Shown here piece by piece: positions 26,512 to 32,000 of a stretch of 32,000 bases of DNA; the stretch's first letter is position 1, and each line of letters starts with the position of its first letter. The translations under genes and the position numbers were made by a program. The DNA is from Desulfocapsa sulfexigens DSM 10523 (GTDB lineage Bacteria; Desulfobacterota; Desulfobulbia; Desulfobulbales; Desulfocapsaceae), in assembly GCF_000341395.1 (NCBI RefSeq), contig NC_020304.1:3270001-3302000 (forward strand), given 5' to 3'. The notes below the pieces were generated by a model. It worked only from the letters and a program-made list of their open reading frames with translations, made no database searches and was not told the origin of the DNA.

Positions 26512-27123
26512 ATGAAAACAATACAAATAATCTCCCTGTTTCTCTTGGGCACTCTTCTGCTGAATTGTTCTTCAAGCAGATTGCTGTCCAGCACAAGTGA
26601 CCCATCCTTTAAAAAAACTGCCATCGAACCTGTTCTTGTTGTTGGAGTTTCAGAGGATGAAACCAAGCGCCGTATATACGAAGACACCTTTACAGACAGC
26701 TTTATTGCAACTGACAGCAATGCTATTGCCAGTTACACTCTGAGTAAAGAAGGTATCGAACCTGACGAAGCGGCTCTTCGGGAGGTTATCAAAAAGAGTG
26801 GAGCTAAAACCATACTGATTACCCATCTGGTCAGTGCTGATGAAAAGGATTTTCATCAACCAGATAACCTGACCATCGGGACAAAAAGTTATTCAAGTGG
26901 ACTGTATGGGTATTATCCCTTTATCTATCAATCGGTTTATTCAGCGGGAAGTTATAACAGTACAACCAAGGTGACGCTTGAGACCAGCCTGTATGACATA
27001 GAGACTGAGAAACTTATATGGACAGCACGGTCACAGTCTATTGATCCCGTCATGACCCGAAAGTATTACCAGCAGCTGATTGATCTGTTTATAAGTGACC
27101 TGAAAGCAAAAAACCTACTGTAA
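26512..27123 (+). CDS. Putative lipoprotein
   Basis: Start re-assigned to MKTIQIISLFLLGTLLLNCSSSRLL (lipobox LLNC). The longer ORF start at 26413 lies inside the tRNA. Confidence 0.75.
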   Translation: MKTIQIISLFLLGTLLLNCSSSRLLSSTSDPSFKKTAIEPVLVVGVSEDETKRRIYEDTFTDSFIATDSNAIASYTLSKEGIEPDEAALREVIKKSGAKTILITHLVSADEKDFHQPDNLTIGTKSYSSGLYGYYPFIYQSVYSAGSYNSTTKVTLETSLYDIETEKLIWTARSQSIDPVMTRKYYQQLIDLFISDLKAKNLL

Positions 27124-27150
27124 ACTATCCCCACAACCAACTGTACCGCC

Positions 27151-27342
27151 ATGACTTTTCACTGTAAAAATTACGATATCGTTGAAGACAAATGTAAACG
27201 TTTGCACGGAGAGTGTGTTCCCGGACGACGTGGTTGTGTCGTGGAAGGTCGGGTTGCTCTCAGCGAGGAGTTGGAAGAAAAAATAAAAGCCTTAAACGGA
27301 ACCGTTTCTGAAGAGTTTCTGGAATTATTGAAAAAGAAATAG
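27151..27342 (+). CDS. Small Cys-containing hypothetical protein (63 aa)
   Basis: MTFHCKNYDIVEDKCKRLHGECVPGRRGCVVEGRVALSEELEEKIKALNG... Four Cys in the N-terminal 30 aa. Confidence 0.45.
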   Translation: MTFHCKNYDIVEDKCKRLHGECVPGRRGCVVEGRVALSEELEEKIKALNGTVSEEFLELLKKK

Positions 27343-27373
27343 CCACAGCAATATCTTTCTGCAATGGCTATTT
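27337..27373. terminator. Possible bidirectional terminator between convergent genes
   Basis: AAATAGCCA ... TGGCTATTT inverted repeat in the convergent gap, overlapping the 27151..27342 stop codon. Confidence 0.4.
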
Positions 27374-27387
27374 CCTGAAGAAAAGTA

Positions 27388-28305
27388 TTAACTTTTATCC
27401 TTTCGTTTCTGTTTTTTGGCAAAATTGGCAGCTTCCATGCCTGCAATGCATCCTTCCCCAACTGCCTTTGCCATTTGATAAGGGTGACCGGTTATATCCC
27501 CTGCCGCGTATACACCTGGAACATTGGTTTCTGTTTTTTTGTTTGTATCAATATGGCTCATGGTGTCAAGATCTAATTGAATCCCGAGTTCAAGGGCTAG
27601 TTCCATTGCTCCCTTAGCTCCAAGCTCAACGAAAACCCCATCAAGCGCCAACTGCTCACCATTCTCCAGAACAATTGTCTGTACAGCGTCCTGACCTGCA
27701 ATTTCAGTAACCCATGTCCCGCTGATATTCTCAACTGAAGACTCTTCAAGTTTGGCAATTAACTCCTTAGAAGCCATCAATTCACGATTGATAAGATATA
27801 CTTTGCCTGCGTAACCGGTCAAAGTCAGGGCACCATCGATGGCTGCACTGGCATTCCCAATAACAGCAACGGTGGCATTACGAAAGAAGTTAGCATCACA
27901 ATCAACACAGTAAGAAACACCCTTTCCAAAAAACTCCTTTTCCCCGGGAACCTTAAGTTTTTTTCTGGCAGTACCGTTTGCAAAAATAAGAGATCTGGTA
28001 AAGACCGTTACTCCACTTTCAAGTTCAAGGCCAAAGCCTTCATCATCCTGATGAACCTTTAAGACATCGTCTTCCATAAGATGTGCCCCAAAATTCTTTA
28101 CCTGGTCCAAACCAGCAAGAAGAAGTTCTTCACCTGTTTTAACACCTGCAACGCAGGCATAATTTTCAACATGGGCAGAGAACAGGGCACTTCTTTCGAT
28201 ACGACCAAGAAGGAGCACATCACATTTTTTACGTACAGCATGGATGGCAGCCTGAATTCCTGCAGGACCTGCCCCTATTATAACGACATCTTTTCTTTCA
28301 TTCAT
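27388..28305 (-). CDS. Thioredoxin reductase-like FAD/NAD(P)-dependent oxidoreductase
   Basis: 305 aa with 'VVIIGAGPAGIQAAIHAVRK', redox 'GVSYCVDCDANFFRNATVAVIGN' and 'GVYAAGDITGHPYQMAKAVGEGCIAGMEA'. Confidence 0.88.
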   Translation of the reverse strand: MNERKDVVIIGAGPAGIQAAIHAVRKKCDVLLLGRIERSALFSAHVENYACVAGVKTGEELLLAGLDQVKNFGAHLMEDDVLKVHQDDEGFGLELESGVTVFTRSLIFANGTARKKLKVPGEKEFFGKGVSYCVDCDANFFRNATVAVIGNASAAIDGALTLTGYAGKVYLINRELMASKELIAKLEESSVENISGTWVTEIAGQDAVQTIVLENGEQLALDGVFVELGAKGAMELALELGIQLDLDTMSHIDTNKKTETNVPGVYAAGDITGHPYQMAKAVGEGCIAGMEAANFAKKQKRKDKS

Positions 28306-28476
28306 TTCTTTTACTCCGATTAGGATAAAAATATAAAAAGTGTATTAACCTTGAATTTTCTGTCAAATTGTCATAAATCTGCTTATTTCGCGAATACATT
28401 CAATCTGCATTCTAAATGGAAGAGTTAACAGGAATAGCACTATAATCAGCCACTCTACATCAGTCAATCTGCCATC

Positions 28477-29715
28477 ATGGAAACACAACTACCAAGAATT
28501 GTAATAACAGGTGTCGGCCTTGCAGCTCCTAATGCTGACAACCTTAAAACATATCGTGAAAAATTACTCGCTGGTATCAGCGAAATCACAGAAATAGATC
28601 TTCGTTATTTCGGAAAGGCCCCGGCCGGCATCTGTACTTTCCCTGAAACAAAATATAGAAAAAAAAAGGAAAACAAACGGGGAACCCGTGCCGGTTGCCT
28701 CGCTGTTTACTGTGCCAACGAGGCCCTTGCTGACGCAGAGCTTGCCATAGATCATTACAAACGTTCGCGCATTGGTGTCTATGTGGGTCTCACTGAACAT
28801 GGCACCGTTGAGACAGAAAATGAAGTATATAACATCAGCAAGTATGATTACAACGTTGATTACTGGACCCATCATCATAATCCCCGGACGGTACTGAATA
28901 ACCCGGCCGGAGAAATCACCATGAATCTCGGCATCACCGGGCCCCATTATTCAATTGGAGCCGCCTGTGCTGCAGGAAACGCGTCTCTTATCCAGGGAGT
29001 TCAAATGATGCGCCTCAAAGAGGTTGATATGGCGCTTGCCGGAGGTATTTCCGAGTCCACCGGATCCTTCGGTATTTTTGCAAGTTTTCAGGCTCAGGGC
29101 GCTCTTGGATCAGCGCAGGATCCGCGGGAGGCCTGCAGGCCTTTTGATACCTCACGCGATGGTATAGTTGTTTCTGAAGGGGCCTGTATTTATGTCCTTG
29201 AACGTCTTGAGAGTGCCCTTGCAAGGGGTGCCAGAATATATGCTGAAATAGTTGGTTACGCCATGAACTCAGATGCACGTGACTATGTACTCCCCTTCCA
29301 TGAAAGGCAAACAGAGTGTATGGAGCTTGCCCTCGAAAGAGCTGGGCTGCAACCGGAAGATATTGATATTATCAATACTCATGCCACCGGGACAAAACAG
29401 GGCGATATTGAAGAGTGTAAAGCTATTCGAAACCTTTTTGGTGATGCCCCGAACACCTATATAAACAACACCAAATCCATTATCGGTCACGCCATGGGTG
29501 CAGCAGGAGTTTTGGAACTTGCGGGGAATTTACCCGCTTTTGATGATAATCTTGTCCATCCCAGCATCAACTGCCAAAACCTTGATCCGGAATGCGAACT
29601 CGATAACATGGTTTTCGACAAACCCAAACAGCTGAAATCCGTTAATACCATTCTTAATAATTCCTTTGGCATGGTTGGTATTAATTCTGTCATAATTGTA
29701 AAAAAGTATAAATAA
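28477..29715 (+). CDS. Beta-ketoacyl-ACP synthase (FabF/KAS II-like)
   Basis: 412 aa with 'VITGVGLAAPN', catalytic Cys 'YSIGAACAAGNASLIQG', 'INTHATGTKQGD' and 'NTKSIIGHAMGAAGVLELAG' (Cys-His-Lys-His set present). Confidence 0.92.
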   Translation: METQLPRIVITGVGLAAPNADNLKTYREKLLAGISEITEIDLRYFGKAPAGICTFPETKYRKKKENKRGTRAGCLAVYCANEALADAELAIDHYKRSRIGVYVGLTEHGTVETENEVYNISKYDYNVDYWTHHHNPRTVLNNPAGEITMNLGITGPHYSIGAACAAGNASLIQGVQMMRLKEVDMALAGGISESTGSFGIFASFQAQGALGSAQDPREACRPFDTSRDGIVVSEGACIYVLERLESALARGARIYAEIVGYAMNSDARDYVLPFHERQTECMELALERAGLQPEDIDIINTHATGTKQGDIEECKAIRNLFGDAPNTYINNTKSIIGHAMGAAGVLELAGNLPAFDDNLVHPSINCQNLDPECELDNMVFDKPKQLKSVNTILNNSFGMVGINSVIIVKKYK

Positions 29716-29857
29716 TCAGTGAGTTGCGAAAATAATTCAACTTTTTTAAAAAAAATATAAAAAAATACTCCCCGTGTGGTATATTGCGCAGTTTGTCAAA
29801 GCAATACTGTTTTTTTTATATACGACATACTACAGGCCACTGCCGGAGATACATATA

Positions 29858-30109
29858 ATGACACGTGACGCGATTAAGAACCTTATTCTTGAAATAATTG
29901 AAGATATTGACGAAGATGCTGATTTCGAAGCACTTCAGCCAGACAAACCTCTGCGAGACCAGCTCGATCTCGATTCAATGGATTTTCTAGATATTGTTAT
30001 GGAATTACGCAAACGTCACAAACTGCAGATACCTGAAGAGGATTATCCAGAACTTGCAACCCTTGACTCATGTGTTAACTACCTGGAACCCCTTCTTGCC
30101 GACGCATAG
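29858..30109 (+). CDS. Acyl carrier protein
   Basis: 83 aa from MTRDAIKNLILEIIEDIDEDADFEALQPDKPLRDQLDLDSMDFLDIVMELRKRHKLQIPEEDY. The phosphopantetheine-site Ser is in 'LDSMDF'. The ORF track starts upstream at 29774, but 29858 is the better start. Confidence 0.88.
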   Translation: MTRDAIKNLILEIIEDIDEDADFEALQPDKPLRDQLDLDSMDFLDIVMELRKRHKLQIPEEDYPELATLDSCVNYLEPLLADA

Positions 30110-30112
30110 CAG

Positions 30113-31498
30113 GTGCATGTTCCTCTGTTAATTATCGGCGGTGGTCTTTCGGGACTTGCCGCCGCTGTCCGTTTTTCCCGTTTCATTCCAGACGTTCTCC
30201 TTCTCGAACAGCACTCCCGTGTTGGTGGGCTCAACTCCTATTACTATAGAAATAACAGACTGTTTGAAACTGGCCTTCATGCAATCACAAACTATGCTGC
30301 GCCAAAAGAAAAAAACGCGCCATTAAACCGTCTCCTCAGACAGTTAAAAATAAAACGTAATGAACTCGAACTGCACCAGCAGAATCAAAGTGAAATTCGT
30401 TTTTCAGGGCAGGAATCCCTTCTCTTTTCGAATGATTTCTCTCTTCTTGAAACAGAAATTGCCGAGAAATTTCCCGCCAGTTATGATGGATTCCAGCGAC
30501 TGTTGCAGCTGATAGATGAATATGACCCATTTAAGCCACTTCCTTTCATATCTGCCAAACAGGTACTTCAGCAGCACCTTCACAATTCACTCCTGACGGA
30601 CATGCTACTCTGCCCCCTGATGTACTACGGCTCCTCCATAGAAAATGATATGGATCTTGGCCAATTTGTTATTATGTTCAGGGCAATTTTTCTGGAAGGG
30701 ATGTTTCGGCCCGGCGGAACCATCAAGGACCTCCTTGACCTCCTGTTAAGTCATTATAAAAAAAATGGTGGTGAGATCAGAACCCGTGCCAAAGTCTCTA
30801 AAATTCTCCAAAATAACAGGAAAGTCCATGGCGTTCTTCTAGATGATGGTGAGGAAATCAGCTGTGATTATCTACTTTCTACCGTTGGCTCAGAAGAAAC
30901 CTTTAGCCTTCTTGGAAAATCATCCGGGATTCAATCAATGCCGCGACTTGGCTTCGTTGAAACTATTTTTGAAATAGATCCCTCCACAAACCTGCCGCTT
31001 GCCCATAACCGTACTATAATCTTTTTCAATAATGAAGAGAGGTTCTCCTACCAGCAACCCGATCAACTTGTGGACTACAAATCAGGGGTAATCTGTATGC
31101 CTCAGAACTTCGAGAATCTTCCCTTTTCCACTTTCAGAGAAGTACGAACCACTCATCTCGCCAGATATGAAGATTGGAAAGAGCTTGAAAAGGAAACAAC
31201 TTCATACAAAAAAGCAAAGGATGTAACAGCCCTCACATCCCTTTCCGTCGCTGAGAAAATTCTTGGTAATTTTGGCTCAGATATAGTATATCGTGATACT
31301 TTCACCCCGCTCACTATTGAACGCTTTACTGCCAAAATAAAGGGGGCGATTTACGGCAACCCTATTAAGATAAAAGATGGTGATATTGGTTATGACAATC
31401 TTTACCTGGCTGGAACCGACCAGGGATTTCTCGGTATTATCGGCTCCATGTTAAGCGGGGTATCCATTGTCAATCAGCATATCCTGCCACGCCTGTAG
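30113..31498 (+). CDS. FAD-dependent oxidoreductase, phytoene desaturase / CrtI-like
   Basis: 461 aa with 'LLIIGGGLSGLAAAVRFSRFIPDVLLLEQHSRVGGLNSYYYRNNRLFETGLHAIT' and C-terminal 'DNLYLAGTDQGFLGIIGSMLSGVSIVNQHIL'. Confidence 0.85.
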   Translation: MHVPLLIIGGGLSGLAAAVRFSRFIPDVLLLEQHSRVGGLNSYYYRNNRLFETGLHAITNYAAPKEKNAPLNRLLRQLKIKRNELELHQQNQSEIRFSGQESLLFSNDFSLLETEIAEKFPASYDGFQRLLQLIDEYDPFKPLPFISAKQVLQQHLHNSLLTDMLLCPLMYYGSSIENDMDLGQFVIMFRAIFLEGMFRPGGTIKDLLDLLLSHYKKNGGEIRTRAKVSKILQNNRKVHGVLLDDGEEISCDYLLSTVGSEETFSLLGKSSGIQSMPRLGFVETIFEIDPSTNLPLAHNRTIIFFNNEERFSYQQPDQLVDYKSGVICMPQNFENLPFSTFREVRTTHLARYEDWKELEKETTSYKKAKDVTALTSLSVAEKILGNFGSDIVYRDTFTPLTIERFTAKIKGAIYGNPIKIKDGDIGYDNLYLAGTDQGFLGIIGSMLSGVSIVNQHILPRL

Positions 31499-31542
31499 TA
31501 AACACTTTCTTTTATAATCTCAGACCCTACAATGTATCATTA

Positions 31543-32000
31543 TGCCTGTTTCTTTCTCTCAAGCCGCTGATAAATATGATGTTGTAATTATTGGTTCCGG
31601 TCTTGGAGGCCTTACTTCCGCTAACCGCCTTGCTTACTGCGGATACAAAGTGCTTCTCCTTGAATACCACAACCAGCTTGGAGGCCTTGCCACCTGGTTC
31701 AAACGTAAGGGACATATCTTTGATGTTTCCCTCCATGGATTCCCCTACGGTATGGTGAAAACCTGTAAAAAGTACTGGAACAGGGAAATAATGAACTCCA
31801 TTGTTCAATTAAAAGACATAATTTTTGACAATCCCCAGTTTCACCTGAAAACTACCTTCGACAGGGTGGATTTCACAGAAAAGCTCAACAGACAATTTAA
31901 AATATCCCAAACGGTTATTGATTCTTTCTTCTCCCGTGTTGCCGGAATGAATTTCTATGATGATCAGTCCATGACAACCAGGGAACTATTCAATGAGTTT
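31543..32000 (+). CDS. FAD-dependent oxidoreductase, phytoene desaturase / retinol saturase-like (N-terminal part, runs off right edge)
   Basis: Open frame [75 protein letters not shown]... continuing to 32000. Missing from the ORF track because it has no stop in the window. Confidence 0.88.

Overview
The window looks like a chromosomal segment from a Gram-negative bacterium. Gene content suggests a Desulfobulbaceae/Desulfotalea-like deltaproteobacterium, but that is inference. Left to right: (1) a ParDE-type toxin-antitoxin module truncated at the left edge. (2) A decayed REP-associated tyrosine transposase (RAYT, Y1/IS200-like) pseudogene split by a complete IS21-family element. The element (istA/istB) has 12-bp terminal inverted repeats, about 23-bp subterminal repeat arrays and an exact 6-bp target duplication, GCTGTA. 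(3) A GC-richer DUF3995-like membrane protein and a poorly explained stretch. (4) A ten-gene minus-strand cobalamin operon in the order cbiG, cbiH, cobC, cobU, cobT, cobS, cobD::cbiP fusion, cbiB, cbiA, cbiC. (5) Two plus-strand histidine kinases, one with an N-terminal receiver. (6) Sel1-repeat and SH3b secreted proteins. (7) A 987-aa protein that appears to fuse a YprA/MrfA-like DEVH helicase with a YprB/MrfB-like DEDD exonuclease. (8) A prephenate dehydratase-like/ACT/prephenate dehydrogenase fusion. (9) A tRNA-His(GTG), a lipoprotein, and a thioredoxin-reductase-like enzyme. (10) At the right edge, the start of a lipid or polyketide-like cluster: ketosynthase, acyl carrier protein and two phytoene-desaturase-like FAD enzymes, the second truncated. 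The most interesting leads are the right-edge cluster, the helicase-nuclease fusion, and the other two enzyme fusions. No CRISPR array or obvious novel defence locus was seen.
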